Below are positions 42,408 to 54,223 of a stretch of 64,000 nt of DNA, in pieces; positions within the stretch are counted from its first letter, which is position 1; every line of letters begins with the position of its first letter. The position numbers and the translations under genes were made by a program. The stretch is from Histomonas meleagridis 2922-C6/04-290x (lineage: Eukaryota; Protista; Parabasalia). The notes below the pieces were generated by a model. That model ran no database searches, was not told the origin of the DNA, and was given only the letters and a program-made list of their open reading frames with translations. The stretch spans positions 248,001-312,000 of the forward strand of contig JAANOX010000083.1 in NCBI GenBank assembly GCA_020184695.1, given 5' to 3'.

Positions 42408-43111
42408 TTATGAACTACAATCAATTAATTCTCGAACAATTGAACGACAAACTGGACATTTATTAGAAATACTCGCAAAATGTTCACTGCATGAACGACA
42501 CATACAACAATGGCGACATGGGAATGCTATAACTGAAACTGGCGCATTGCAACATATCAAACAAAGTCCATCTGAAAAATTATCATTTTTCTTCACTTTG
42601 TTCCGTATAAACTCGTGATATCTTATAAAGAACATTATCAAGATCAATTTGATCTTCAAGAATATTAATTTGTCCTTCTTTACTTTGCATCAATTTATAA
42701 ATTCGTGATTTAATACCTTCTTCAACTTCAAAATCAAAACGAATATAAAAATATATCATAATATTCATTTTTTTAATCGTATAAATAAGATTTAATCCTG
42801 AATTAAAACTTGACATTTCTCTTAAATTTTTCGTTATATATAATAATATTCGCTGAAAGTGTACTATCAAAATGAACTTGAAGACGATGTTCTTCATCTT
42901 CTGTAAATGCTTGTTCATTTAATGCAACTGGAACAACACGATCTTCAACTTTTTCTTTTTTAATAGGAATAGCTGTTGAAGATCCAATTTCTTGTAAATG
43001 TGATGTTATAGCTGCATCAAGAGCTTCTGATGCTTCTGCATGATTAATAGGTCCATAATATGAAAACCACATAGGTTCTTGTAAATGAAAAAAAGAAAAG
43101 ATATTTCCCAT
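42408..43111 (-). pseudogene. Frameshifted copy of the RING E3 gene
   Basis: Split into three ORFs by extra A bases in homopolymers. Confidence 0.65.
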
Positions 43112-43162
43112 ATGAATATAAATAGAAAATATGAATTTTAAATTTTATGATTTCTATCGAAA

Positions 43163-44089
43163 ATGATCGTCATTATTTACTTTTTTTTAAAAAATCTTTT
43201 GAACAAAAAAATCAAAAATCTCTCGAATAAAGCAATACAACTCAAAGATATTTCTATAAAACTTGAACGAGAAATTGAAGAAACAGGGAAAGAATTAGGA
43301 AAACTTCAACAAATTATTCAAAGTAGTGAACTTGAGTTATCATTAATTCGAGATGCTATAAATATTAAATTTCCAAATCTTCAATATAAAGAACTTGAAG
43401 AATTAAAAGAATCAATTAATAATGTTCAAATTATTCAAGAATTAGAAAAACAATTTGAAACAGAAAGGAGTAAAACCAAATGGCTTCAAGAAGATATTAA
43501 CAAAATGAAGAAATTACTTCCAACACAAGTAAATACAGAATTTAATCTTGAAGAAATTCAAGTCAAATATGAAGAATTAAAACGAAAATATCAAAAACTT
43601 CACGAAAACAATGAAAACAAAATTAAAAAGAATAAAAATTCACAAGAAAAATATCAAATTCTAATACAAGAAATTGAAAATCTTGAAAAACATAAGAAAC
43701 AACTTGAAATTCAAGAACGAAAGAAAGAAGAAAGAATCAAAGAAAAGGAAAACATTCAAGAAGAGAACGAAGGAATTATTCAAAACATTCGAGAAGAGAA
43801 CGAAAGTATTAAATATTTACAAGAAGAAATGAAAACCATTCAAAACGAACTTAAAGCGACATCAGAATATCTTGAAGAACACGAAGAAACAGCGAAACAT
43901 TTAACAACTTCATATGACATTCTTACATTAGCATATGCGGAACTTGATCAAAGTAATCTGAAAGAAGAAGAAATCAAATCGAGTAAAAAACATTTTGAAG
44001 AAGAAAGCGAAACATTACTTATGAAGATGAATTCACAAATTAATAATATAAATTCATTGATTGAACAACTTAAAATGAAACTTATGTAA
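43163..44089 (+). CDS. Coiled-coil hypothetical protein (intact copy)
   Basis: 308-aa E/K/Q-rich heptad ORF. Confidence 0.75.
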   Translation: MIVIIYFFLKNLLNKKIKNLSNKAIQLKDISIKLEREIEETGKELGKLQQIIQSSELELSLIRDAINIKFPNLQYKELEELKESINNVQIIQELEKQFETERSKTKWLQEDINKMKKLLPTQVNTEFNLEEIQVKYEELKRKYQKLHENNENKIKKNKNSQEKYQILIQEIENLEKHKKQLEIQERKKEERIKEKENIQEENEGIIQNIREENESIKYLQEEMKTIQNELKATSEYLEEHEETAKHLTTSYDILTLAYAELDQSNLKEEEIKSSKKHFEEESETLLMKMNSQINNINSLIEQLKMKLM

Positions 44090-44155
44090 ATAAATTAAAA
44101 TAAATGTTTTATTTTTTTTTTTATTTAATATTATAAAAAATATTTTTGATATTCT

Positions 44156-45179
44156 TCATTTATATTTACAAAGTCGAGGGAATTTTGCATCTGGGATATA
44201 AAAATGAATTCTTTCATCTTTTAAATTAAATATTGTTTTACATTTATTAATAATATCTTCAATGTTTTTCCCATGATGATGTAAAAAAACAACTTTATTA
44301 AGTGGTGCATGAAATTCTTTACAGATTGTCGAATTTTTTGAAATTTTTGGTGCTGAACATGTTTTTAAATCTTTTAAAATCTTCATTCATTAAACGTTTT
44401 AAATCATTTTGATCAAATGGATGACCTAAAAATATGTTGAAGTTGCATTAACTATACTAATATTTAAAATAATTTAAAAATTCATTATGACAAATATCTT
44501 CATTTAAAATACAATTTTGAATAATTCTTTCATAAATAGGAAGTATTAATTCTATCGATTTCCTTGAATAAAGATAACCTGAACCACCTTGAAGAAAACC
44601 TAATGTATTATAATTTTGAATACAATTCCCTAGAATTATTGGTTGTGAAAGTGGATCATATTTTTCTTCTATCATTGAATAAAATGAATTTAAAAGTCGA
44701 AGATTAATAACATTATCATCTGTTCCTCGATGAACCCATCGATATTTCGTTTCATAATAAAAATATCTTAACCCAAAATATGACTTGCGAAAAATATCTA
44801 TATCTTTTAAACTATATGAATATCGATCTTTAATAATTGGTTTAATATTACTGACAACTTTATTATAAAATTTCGTTGGCTTAAGATTTAAGATATCATT
44901 TCCATTTCGTTGTGTTGTAAGATTATTATCTTTCCAATCAATATAAATCCCTTTATAACCATACATTTGATTTAATTCATTGACAAAAAATTTCGACATC
45001 TTCCTCGGTTTTTCACTATTTGGCATCGTAATAATAATAAATATGATTTTATTTCCTTCAGTTTTGTTCTTATTAAAAATTATATTTAATATCAATTTCT
45101 TCATATTGACATTTAATCTTCTTCATTGAAATCAAATGAATTACAAAAAATGTGAACAAATATATAATATAAACAAGAA
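44156..45179 (-). pseudogene. Disrupted copy of the GT31-like gene
   Basis: The 5' deletion removes the start codons, and there are several frameshifts relative to 30529..31578. Confidence 0.7.
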
Positions 45180-45579
45180 CAAAAATGATATTATTAAAAT
45201 TAAATCAAAGATATTTTTAGTTGATGCTCTCTGCATAACACCTTTAAAAATTAATACACTTTTAATAATTAAATTGTAATATTATACTATTAAGACTTAC
45301 ATAAATATATAAAAAATAAGTTTCACTTCTTTTGTTATTTCATTTTAATACTGACTTTGATCTAGATTTTTACCCTAATTTTGGTGTTTTATAGCAATTG
45401 TTTAATAACCAACTGAAGAAGATATAAATATAATTGAATATAATCTCAAGTGGCACATGAAATATCCAAATTATATTGATGAGTTTTTACAGCTTTTTCC
45501 TCTTCTTAATGCATTGAACAAAAAATTCGAATTTTTCAATTATTTTTAAAATATCAAAATGAACATTTCTATAATTTAC

Positions 45580-46260
45580 TTAAAACATGTTTGTTGATGA
45601 ACGATTTGCTCTGTGTTTCTTCTTTTCAGGATCAGAAATTTCACCTGAATTCACTCTTGTCATTCCCGGTCTTGCCCTAAGAATCGGTATTTCGTGAGAA
45701 GAGTTCCTGAGTTTGTTTTGCAATTGTTGATATGTTTCACTGTTTGCAGAAATTAATATGTCAATTTGTTTTTGGAGAATCGAAAGATTTTCTTCATATT
45801 TTTCCTTCCGTTTTTTAACATTACTTTCTAATTGATATAGTATTTGATTGGCTTCTTCAGGTTGAATTTTGGTCGTATTAATCTTTTCTAATTTTATATC
45901 AAAATCTTGAATATCTTTTTGGAATGAGGGAATTATCTGATTTTCATAAACAGCTAGTGACGATAATAATTTTTCTTTTTCTTTTTGAACACTTTGATGT
46001 TTTTCATCCAACATTATTTTTATCTTTTCTTCTTCATTTTGAATTTCGGCAGACATTTGTGCATTAGATGCTTTTACGTGTTGTAATTTTTTGTTGAGTT
46101 TCTTGATTAATCGTTCTTCATTTTGTTCAATCTTTTGCTCAATTTTTTGAATTTCTATTTCAAGTAAACTAAGTTCAGCCTTGAGGTCTTCTTTCTTTTT
46201 TGTTTCTTCAATAAGGATTGCTTCAAGTGCTTCGATGTTTAATTCCTCCAAGCTTTCCAT
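45580..46260 (-). CDS. CCDC6-like coiled-coil protein
   Basis: EQNEERLIKKLNKKL...NEEEKIKIMLDEKHQSVQKEK resembles the CCDC6/DUF2046 EEE-x-I-x-N-x-L-x-KKL pattern. Confidence 0.45.
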   Translation of the reverse strand: MESLEELNIEALEAILIEETKKKEDLKAELSLLEIEIQKIEQKIEQNEERLIKKLNKKLQHVKASNAQMSAEIQNEEEKIKIMLDEKHQSVQKEKEKLLSSLAVYENQIIPSFQKDIQDFDIKLEKINTTKIQPEEANQILYQLESNVKKRKEKYEENLSILQKQIDILISANSETYQQLQNKLRNSSHEIPILRARPGMTRVNSGEISDPEKKKHRANRSSTNMF

Positions 46261-47505
46261 GATTTATCTAAACAACTTTTTGAAAGTTTACATTCCAACT
46301 TTTTAAATACCAGTTGTGTGCATTTAACGGAAAAAAAGGAAAATGTGTCAGGATCGAAGTTCTCTCACAAATTGTAATATAAATTAACATGTATATCCCT
46401 ACATTATAGTATATCGTATCTGAATTATTGCATATGGTTCAAAATCAATTTTGGAACAAGAAATTCATATTCTAATATGAGAAATTTATTAACTTTTTGA
46501 ATTATTAAAAATGTAATATAGTGAAAATCAAAAAGTAAGTTATGGGCAAAATATTATGTTTCTGCCAAAACGAATTTACCCATTCGCAAAACCCCGCGAA
46601 TCCCCCTGAAAAAATTGATAACGATTGACTTAAAAGTGCTGAATAACCGATTAAAGTGTGCAAATCACTCTGGAAAAATTTTTTTAAAAATTGAAGCTGT
46701 ACATCTTAAAATAAAAATCTGATTAATAAATAATTCCCTTCATTAAATTTTATAAAAACTTTAAAGACAGATTTTTTTATATTTTTTTTCCTTCATAAAA
46801 TAAAGTTAAAATTAGAAATTTTTTTGAAAATTGTCCATTGAATTGTTTATAAATAAACAACCTTTTGATTTTGCGATTGCTTTGATATCCATTGAGAAAA
46901 TTAATTTTTTAAAATTAACAATTTCCCTTTATTTATCCAAGCATATCCTCTTCAAGTTCTATTTTGTATGTTATTAAGCTTTACAATTTTCGCGTTTATG
47001 CCCAAATTTATTGTAGGAGATCGGATGATGTTACTTTTTTTGCTGCTTATGCCAAATTTTAAAATAAACATTTGAAATTAGTTTGACAGGGTAAATTGGC
47101 ACATTTTTTCATACAATTTTTAACAAATACATTCAAAATTAGCACCTCTTCAAAAGAATTTTATTTTTTTGTTTTTATGAACACCTCAAAAATAATTATT
47201 TATGTGGGATCACAACAAAATTGTTCTATAAACCAAAAGCTTGTTATTACCTGATTTTAAACATGAATGATTTCAAATAAGAGGATCAATCTCTTCTAAT
47301 TTTTAACGTTCTAAAAAAAAAATATTAAAACTTACATCAATTTTTAGCAAAAAAATACCTTTGAATTAGACAAAAAAAAAAGAAATCCCAAAGAAGTTAA
47401 TACGATGAAGAAAAATGATATGGATCTGAATTTGTTCCACCCTGGTCAAATCAAAAAGTGGATTTATTCAATTTTTGAATTCACCGCTAACGTTCAAACC
47501 AGAAT

Positions 47506-48516
47506 ATGTTGGTCTTTCTTTTCGCACATATTTTTGCAGAGACAGATCGTCGTCTTGATCCTTTCCAATTTAACCTTTGTGTTTGGGATCTTGAAGGTAT
47601 TGATCCTACGTTTGAAGATGTTACTAATTCAATACTAACAGATCCACGTGAGCTAGAAGAAGGACAAATTGCATCTACCATGTACTCTCAACTTTCCACA
47701 TGTGATATGTTTGTTTTACCAGGTCTTCGAAATCACACCACTGCTAAGAATTTAATTAAAAAAATGGAAGAAAAAGAATTCAGTGGGTTTACGGCCTATC
47801 CCACCAGTGGTCGTTATGATTCTACACTTCTTTCTCGCATTGATTTAGAAAACACCACTGATTTCAAACCAAATGAATTTGAATATCCCATTCCAAATTC
47901 CAAATGTAACTTCACAGGAACAGGCCATGCAATGATGAACATGTCCTTCTATGGGACATTACATTTCCATGATCCCACACCACTTTCACATGTATTTTCG
48001 GTCAGACTTAAAACCGGAAACACTCCCGAAAACTGTGCATTTAGAGAGGCACAGGCCGACCTCATTTGCAAGAAGGTCAAAGAGATTGACAGCAGCAACT
48101 TTATTTTTGTTGCTGGAAGTTTCGAAGCTTCATCAGATGATCCATATTATGAAGTTTTGACAAACTGCGGCCTTACTGATGTAAAGTATCTTGCGAAGGA
48201 TCCATACACACGAGTCAACAAAACAAGTTCTGAAAAATTGTATTATGATACAGTATTTGTAAATGATGCAATTAAGAACGATAAAAGACTAGATACACTA
48301 AAAATTAAAAATGAAGCCGAAGTTGTCCTCCCATCAACATCATATTACACTTATCCACTCACTTTGTACACAAGACTGCGATTGACGAAGAAATGGAAGA
48401 CATTTGAAATCTCTTATGCACTTTGCATATTCCTCGCTGATGCAGGGTTCTTTACATGGCTTATGTTCTTCTCAAGAGAAAGGAAGGAAAGCGATTATCA
48501 ACAAATTGGTGAATAA
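47506..48516 (+). CDS. Secretory-pathway type I membrane protein with a degenerate EEP (DNase I-like) fold
   Basis: Signal peptide; NLCVWDLEG, IFVAGSFEA (for GDFN), YYDTVFV; C-terminal TM. Confidence 0.55.
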   Translation: MLVFLFAHIFAETDRRLDPFQFNLCVWDLEGIDPTFEDVTNSILTDPRELEEGQIASTMYSQLSTCDMFVLPGLRNHTTAKNLIKKMEEKEFSGFTAYPTSGRYDSTLLSRIDLENTTDFKPNEFEYPIPNSKCNFTGTGHAMMNMSFYGTLHFHDPTPLSHVFSVRLKTGNTPENCAFREAQADLICKKVKEIDSSNFIFVAGSFEASSDDPYYEVLTNCGLTDVKYLAKDPYTRVNKTSSEKLYYDTVFVNDAIKNDKRLDTLKIKNEAEVVLPSTSYYTYPLTLYTRLRLTKKWKTFEISYALCIFLADAGFFTWLMFFSRERKESDYQQIGE

Positions 48517-48545
48517 AACATTTAAATCATATTATTAGTATTATA

Positions 48546-48788
48546 TTAACTTGACGAGTCTTCAACTTCGGCAAGCATTCGGTCAATGGCGGCTTCATCA
48601 AAGGAGCCTGAGCTGGAAGTGTCACTGATTGTGGCCATTTGCATATCTGTGGTATTAAGAAAGGGAATCGTTTGGATCTCAGAATGTATGTCTGGAGTAG
48701 CAATCGGATGCGGAGCTTCATCGTTTTGGGTCACGAAAACGGGTTGTTCATCATCATGTTGGCCTGGGAAAGAGCAGCAAATTCCCAT
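48546..48788 (-). CDS. 80-aa acylation-motif protein (MGICCS)
   Basis: Myristoylation/palmitoylation-type N-terminus and an acidic tail. Confidence 0.7.
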   Translation of the reverse strand: MGICCSFPGQHDDEQPVFVTQNDEAPHPIATPDIHSEIQTIPFLNTTDMQMATISDTSSSGSFDEAAIDRMLAEVEDSSS

Positions 48789-48993
48789 TGAAAAAGAAGG
48801 TTATTTTGAATCGGTCAATTACAAAAAGTGCTCATAATGGCACCACTGCCACTTTTGATAAACTGTTTATAACAACCAAAAAATCAAATTCTCATTCGAA
48901 AAGAATATCCAACTTATCAGTACACACACAGACACATTTTGATTCGCTTTCTTTAATATGTTCAAAAACAAAATTATTGTAATTGGTTTTATT

Positions 48994-50322
48994 TTATCCA
49001 TAAAATGATACGTCACCAGCCTCATTTCCAATTGCTAAAATATTATATGTGTTATCAAATGACAATGAAGTGATTTTGTATCCATTATTTACTTGAGGCG
49101 GGAAATATCTTTCGTAAACCTTTGTACCATCTTCGACAGAAAACATAAAAATCCATTGATCAAATTGTAGTTGTGTACACACTATTAAAAAGTTTTGATC
49201 TTTAGCAATTCCAACAGGGAAATTATCCAATAATTTCCCCTCAACAGAAATCGAGAACAAGTATTCACCCAAGAAAGAGAACACTTTAAATTCTCCGTTC
49301 CAATAAATTATCATTTTTTTTGCCTTATATAAGAATATGAAATCCGATACGTTTAAAGATGAACTATTTGGAATATATGAATATGCGCCATTACTTAGGT
49401 CAACTACGCATACATTGTTATCTTTTTCTTTGAATATAATACTTAATTCGAACCTATCTACAAATTCCACGTAGAAACTATTGTTCACTTTAATAACTGA
49501 ATTCATTGATTCTTGATTATTACCTATGAATGTTAAACCAATTTCATTAATGCCCAAATTTTTTATTATTAATAATGCGCCAGGAGTCATTTTTAAATCC
49601 CAAATTCCACCACTCCCAAATTCATATAAACATATATAATTCGATAATTCATAAATTCGATATTTCCCTTTTCGACCTTCGAATATAATTGTTCGATTAT
49701 TAATGGAATCAAATTCTATAAAACCTGGATATACGATGTCATCATTAACAAATAGATTTGTGCAATTATTTAAATCATTAACTTGATATGAATAACAATG
49801 TAATGCACTATAATCATCGATTTGTGATACACTAACTTTAATAATCTCTTGTCGTATTGTGTTGTAATATATCGATCGAATAACTTCGCCAATGATGTTG
49901 TTTAAAAAACATATGAACGTGTTCGTGATCGTGTTAAATACACCTGCAAGTCCACTGTTGGTGCGAACGATTGTGTATTGTTCTGTTTGTGTAATTTCGC
50001 ATATTTTAGACCTGCGTAAAAAATTGAGGGTTTGTGGTAATTGTAATGTGTCAGTATGATTCCACATGTCAGAATTGGATATCTTAGATATATGTGATAT
50101 CATCATTTCATTTTGATTATTTCGAAGTGTAATGACTTTGTTGGTTGCAAACTCGCTGGCTAAAAGCCGACGCTTTTGTTGCAAAAAACATGAGTTCATT
50201 TTGATTTCTCCGAATGAACAATCGACCATTGCACACATGAAATTTAAGACTATATGATATGCTTGTAAAGTATTCAATTGCATTTGGCATTTTGGTATTT
50301 GTATGAAAATATTCAATGGCAA
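48994..50322 (-). CDS. WD40-like beta-propeller of a conserved protist/plant family
   Basis: IRSIYYN...IIKVSVSQIDDYSALHC...PGFIEFD...YRIYELSNY. The real start is probably the later MNSCFLQQKRR. Confidence 0.6.
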   Translation of the reverse strand: MPLNIFIQIPKCQMQLNTLQAYHIVLNFMCAMVDCSFGEIKMNSCFLQQKRRLLASEFATNKVITLRNNQNEMMISHISKISNSDMWNHTDTLQLPQTLNFLRRSKICEITQTEQYTIVRTNSGLAGVFNTITNTFICFLNNIIGEVIRSIYYNTIRQEIIKVSVSQIDDYSALHCYSYQVNDLNNCTNLFVNDDIVYPGFIEFDSINNRTIIFEGRKGKYRIYELSNYICLYEFGSGGIWDLKMTPGALLIIKNLGINEIGLTFIGNNQESMNSVIKVNNSFYVEFVDRFELSIIFKEKDNNVCVVDLSNGAYSYIPNSSSLNVSDFIFLYKAKKMIIYWNGEFKVFSFLGEYLFSISVEGKLLDNFPVGIAKDQNFLIVCTQLQFDQWIFMFSVEDGTKVYERYFPPQVNNGYKITSLSFDNTYNILAIGNEAGDVSFYG

Positions 50323-50833
50323 ATTACAAAAAGTGTACGTTTATTAATTATTTCTCTCAAATTTTTTGTGAGATTGTTGACCAAATATAAACTGAAATCA
50401 ATGGATAAAGTGAAGTGTTTTATCTCTGCTAAAAATCATTCATTAATTACTGCTAATTCATAAGAATTTAGAATAATTTGAGTAAAATCAGCATAACCAA
50501 ATATAGGGTTACAATAAGATATAATTTCTCGAAGATAAATATACAAATAATAGGCATTTTGGTGTTATTTGAAAACTTCTATTGAAGTTTATTATTTAGT
50601 AATTAAATTTGTGTTTTTTGAAACGAACATAAAATATTTATGTTAATGTGCAAAAGTTGCCAAATCACTATAATTCTTATTACACATAATAAGCTTTGAG
50701 ACAAGATGTCAAGAGATTGCACCAAAAAATTTACCAAATTCAAGTAATTTTTGTTCGGTATGAATTTGAATAAATTCAATATAAAAACATTACAAAAGTA
50801 TTTTTTGATATACACAAAAAAGTAAACACAATT

Positions 50834-52054
50834 TCACTTTTTATTATTTCTTACTGTTTCATCGAACATCACAGCACATTCGAGTGCTTCCACTGTATTT
50901 ATTGCCGCTAATGTTGAGATAGCGCTTGACAATTTCGTTGGCTCGTTTTGCCATATGACTACAGCCATCACTGCGATTTTCATCAGCATTCCGTTGGCGT
51001 CGATTCCTTTCATCATTTTCCTCATTTCTCCAATTATGTCACCAAATACTGCGCCTTCAATTAACATTTTCCGACACTTATCTAATACTATTGAAGTTTG
51101 GTATTCTTTGATCATGTTCGTAAGTTCAATTTGTTCAGTGTTCGTTGACTTCAAAAGTTTATCCATCGACGTTTGAAGCTGCTGTGGATTACCGCCCGGA
51201 AGCTTAAGACTAAGTTTAAGAATGGAATCGACAAAGAATTGGAACTCGTTTTGCGTAATAATAATTTGATGTGATTCGAAATATTTTGTTACATGTGAAA
51301 GAACTAAAAGTGACAAATCAATGAAAGAAGATGGTGTATGTTCGGTGGAATTTAGCATACAAATGAAAGAAGTGTCAGTGATGTTAATGGTTGCATTGCT
51401 TTTAATAACTGATGATAAATATGTGTTGACTAGATAATCCCAAAAATACTTTGTAAAGTCGGAAATGAGGTCAAAGGTCTTGAGGATATTTATGTTTGGA
51501 CCTAAGTTTGTAAAAGAAAATCCGTTTTCATTGATTGAAAGAAATGAATTATACTCAGAACGAATTTGATTTGTACAATTTGTTACTATATCGGTGTAAG
51601 TGGAACTTAAAGTTAAGAGATCGGATTTTTGCTTGAATTGAGGTAAAAGTGGTAATATTGAATTGAAATCATTTTGCTTGATATAATCATTGATTTGTTT
51701 ATGAAGTGATATAAACTTAGAAAGCTCACGATAAACAATTAGTTTCTGTTTCTCAGATTCAAGTTTTGCTTGTTTTTCATTAATTTGAGATTGAATATCT
51801 TGTGCTTTAGTATGTATATCGCTCAATGAGTTTTTAAACTCTGAAACTTCTTTTTTGAGGCTAGTTTCATTGGTATATAATTTTTCTGTTTCATTTGCAA
51901 TTTTTACTAGAGATTCTTTTTGTGAAAAAATAGCTTCTTCGATTGCGCCCACTTGCTTTAAACATATCTCAGAATTCTTTTCTTGTAATTCCAGTATGTC
52001 ATTTTTTGTAAGTTTTTCCTTGTTTTTAGTGAGTAATTTAATTTGCTCACACAT
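50834..52054 (-). CDS. Coiled-coil plus helical protein, possibly ZW10/CATCHR-like
   Basis: N-terminal heptads followed by a helical bundle; the resemblance is weak. Confidence 0.35.
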   Translation of the reverse strand: MCEQIKLLTKNKEKLTKNDILELQEKNSEICLKQVGAIEEAIFSQKESLVKIANETEKLYTNETSLKKEVSEFKNSLSDIHTKAQDIQSQINEKQAKLESEKQKLIVYRELSKFISLHKQINDYIKQNDFNSILPLLPQFKQKSDLLTLSSTYTDIVTNCTNQIRSEYNSFLSINENGFSFTNLGPNINILKTFDLISDFTKYFWDYLVNTYLSSVIKSNATINITDTSFICMLNSTEHTPSSFIDLSLLVLSHVTKYFESHQIIITQNEFQFFVDSILKLSLKLPGGNPQQLQTSMDKLLKSTNTEQIELTNMIKEYQTSIVLDKCRKMLIEGAVFGDIIGEMRKMMKGIDANGMLMKIAVMAVVIWQNEPTKLSSAISTLAAINTVEALECAVMFDETVRNNKK

Positions 52055-52424
52055 TTTTTTGGCATAAATAAATTATTTGAAATATTTTCGACACAAAAAT
52101 AAAAAAAAAATAAAAAAATAAAAAAAAATCTCAAAAGCTCAACAAATTCTTTTATTCTTCCTTTTTAACAACTAAAAAGAAAAAATTGTCACCAGCTTTT
52201 GTTTTAAAAAATAGAGTCTCAATTGCTAAAATTAATTTCGTATTAATTATTTTCTATAAGATATAAAATTATATCAATTCCCATTTCTTAATGAATTTAA
52301 TTTCTGTTTTCTTTGTATTTTGATGATATTTAGATAAAAAAAACAATTTTTTTTATACAAAGACAAAAAATTGCACCGTTTTTTATGCCAAAAAAATTTC
52401 AAAACTTTTGCAAATTGTCTAAAA

Positions 52425-54164
52425 ATGGATGAACCTCAGCGGGTTCAGGAATTCCTTGAAGAATTTAGATTTAACAATGAAAATCGCAAAATTTACTGCT
52501 ATGGAATTGGACGTCATACTACGCTTGCACCATTTTTGTTTGAATATCCTATTCGTTCCTCAGCGCCACTTCTTCTCCGTGGTATATCACCTTTCAGCAA
52601 CTTTGAAGTTGCCAGTTCCAACACATTTAAGAACTTCACTATTTATCATGAAGATCTTAATTCTGATGGATATTCCACCTCATTAATCTCGATGTTCTAT
52701 TGTTATGCCGACATGCATACCAAGCGTATTTCACCTCATTCTTTTTCATGTACTTTATGTCAACAAACTGGGAGTAAGAACCATATCATATCTCATATTC
52801 TCAAAGATCATCAAGACCAAATCAAAAAACAACTTGAGCCATATGTAGATTATGTTAGTGATGACAAAGAATTCCTCAAAGGAATGTTAACCAAACTTCA
52901 GTTCGATGCAATAATTAAACGTTCGTCGAAGCCACAATTTGAGCTGCATTCGATTATGGGCAACACGACAGCGCCATCGCTCGATACGCTGGAGACCGAT
53001 ACGGACTCGTATGAAGAAGACGATATCGAATTTGAAAGCGACGACGATGACGACATCGGCAGTTATTTGGGGCCACAAAGCACAAACGTTAGCAAACGCA
53101 AATCGCCAATTGAACTTCTTTATAAGTCAGAAGTATCACCAGCGTTAACTTTATTTGCGAAAGCGCATGATCCAAATTATCATTCATTCTATGAGCCGAC
53201 GACATTAGACCCATTTCCAGTGACAATGTCATCAAGTCAAATTATACATCCATACGTGGATTCATATTTACAATATAATGATACGTTTCATGGCGATGTT
53301 TCTTTGCTTGATTCATTTCCTGAAGAAGAAGAAACGAAGCCGAAGCAAACGAAGCCGAAACCACCAGAAACAGTTTCATATATTAATATCATTCCACAGA
53401 ATTTAAGGGACAAAATCATTTCGAACATCGCAAAACAATTAATTACAAGTTATGCAACAAATAATTGTGGACAAAACGTACGATCGATATTTCAAGTAAA
53501 GAAGAAACAAATACAAAAACAATTAAGAGAAGAAAAAGCTCAACGACAAAGAAATGAAGAAAAGCAAAGATTAATGGCTATGCGAGAAAGAAGAAAAGTG
53601 AAAGTCGAACAAATGTCCGAAAAACTTTCGAATACAATTGTTAATATATATATACGGAATGTAATTAAAAATATATATTTGGAAGAAGTTGAAGCTGAAG
53701 ATAAAAATGAAAATGAGCCGAATGAAGAAATAACAAATCAATTGAACACTGAATATAGTAATGTTGTTGTAGTATCGAATTTAGTATTACAACATCAATT
53801 AAATCCAACATTTCTATCTAAGGCTTTTGGTAACTTAAATTTCCAACTTGAAGGTGAAAGCGAACGTAAAATTAGGTTCAGATGTTGTGGTAATCATGTT
53901 CAAGCTTTGTTATTTTTGGCTTCTTATGAAGAAGTTAAAAAGGCTCTCGCTTCAAACCCAGTAATGATTGAATATTCTCAAGCGTATTTATCGAGATATG
54001 AGGAAAATAATGATGACGGAATGATGTTATTTACAGGACAACAAGTGAAAATGTTGTCTGTGAAAAATCCAGAATCGATAGAAAATGATGGCGGCTCTTC
54101 TGAATTAACAAAGATAAATCCTTGTATGGATTTAGATTTGATCAATGATGGTTTGGAATGTTGA
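52425..54164 (+). CDS. C2H2 zinc-finger plus RRM-like protein
   Basis: FSCTLCQQTGSKNHIISHILKDH; C-terminal VVVVSNL...ALLFLASYEEVKKAL. First ATG at 52425. Confidence 0.6.
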   Translation: MDEPQRVQEFLEEFRFNNENRKIYCYGIGRHTTLAPFLFEYPIRSSAPLLLRGISPFSNFEVASSNTFKNFTIYHEDLNSDGYSTSLISMFYCYADMHTKRISPHSFSCTLCQQTGSKNHIISHILKDHQDQIKKQLEPYVDYVSDDKEFLKGMLTKLQFDAIIKRSSKPQFELHSIMGNTTAPSLDTLETDTDSYEEDDIEFESDDDDDIGSYLGPQSTNVSKRKSPIELLYKSEVSPALTLFAKAHDPNYHSFYEPTTLDPFPVTMSSSQIIHPYVDSYLQYNDTFHGDVSLLDSFPEEEETKPKQTKPKPPETVSYINIIPQNLRDKIISNIAKQLITSYATNNCGQNVRSIFQVKKKQIQKQLREEKAQRQRNEEKQRLMAMRERRKVKVEQMSEKLSNTIVNIYIRNVIKNIYLEEVEAEDKNENEPNEEITNQLNTEYSNVVVVSNLVLQHQLNPTFLSKAFGNLNFQLEGESERKIRFRCCGNHVQALLFLASYEEVKKALASNPVMIEYSQAYLSRYEENNDDGMMLFTGQQVKMLSVKNPESIENDGGSSELTKINPCMDLDLINDGLEC

Positions 54165-54177
54165 TTTTGTATTTATC

Positions 54178-54198
54178 ATATATATATATATATATATA
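54178..54198. repeat. (AT)10 microsatellite between convergent genes
   Basis: Read directly from the sequence. Confidence 0.9.
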
Positions 54199-54223
54199 AT
54201 ATAAAATAAAATGTTTGATTTAT

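Larger units (their letters stand above)
42220..45316 (-). repeat. Copy B of the inverted duplication (with a deletion of about 150 bp)
   Basis: Reverse complement of 30266-33506, lacking about 30403-30554. Confidence 0.95.

Noticed and set aside
46570-46610. ATTCGC/GCGAAT hairpin with C runs (possible G4 or telomere-like GGGGTTTT)
   Set aside because: Only three G tracts on the minus strand and a single repeat unit.
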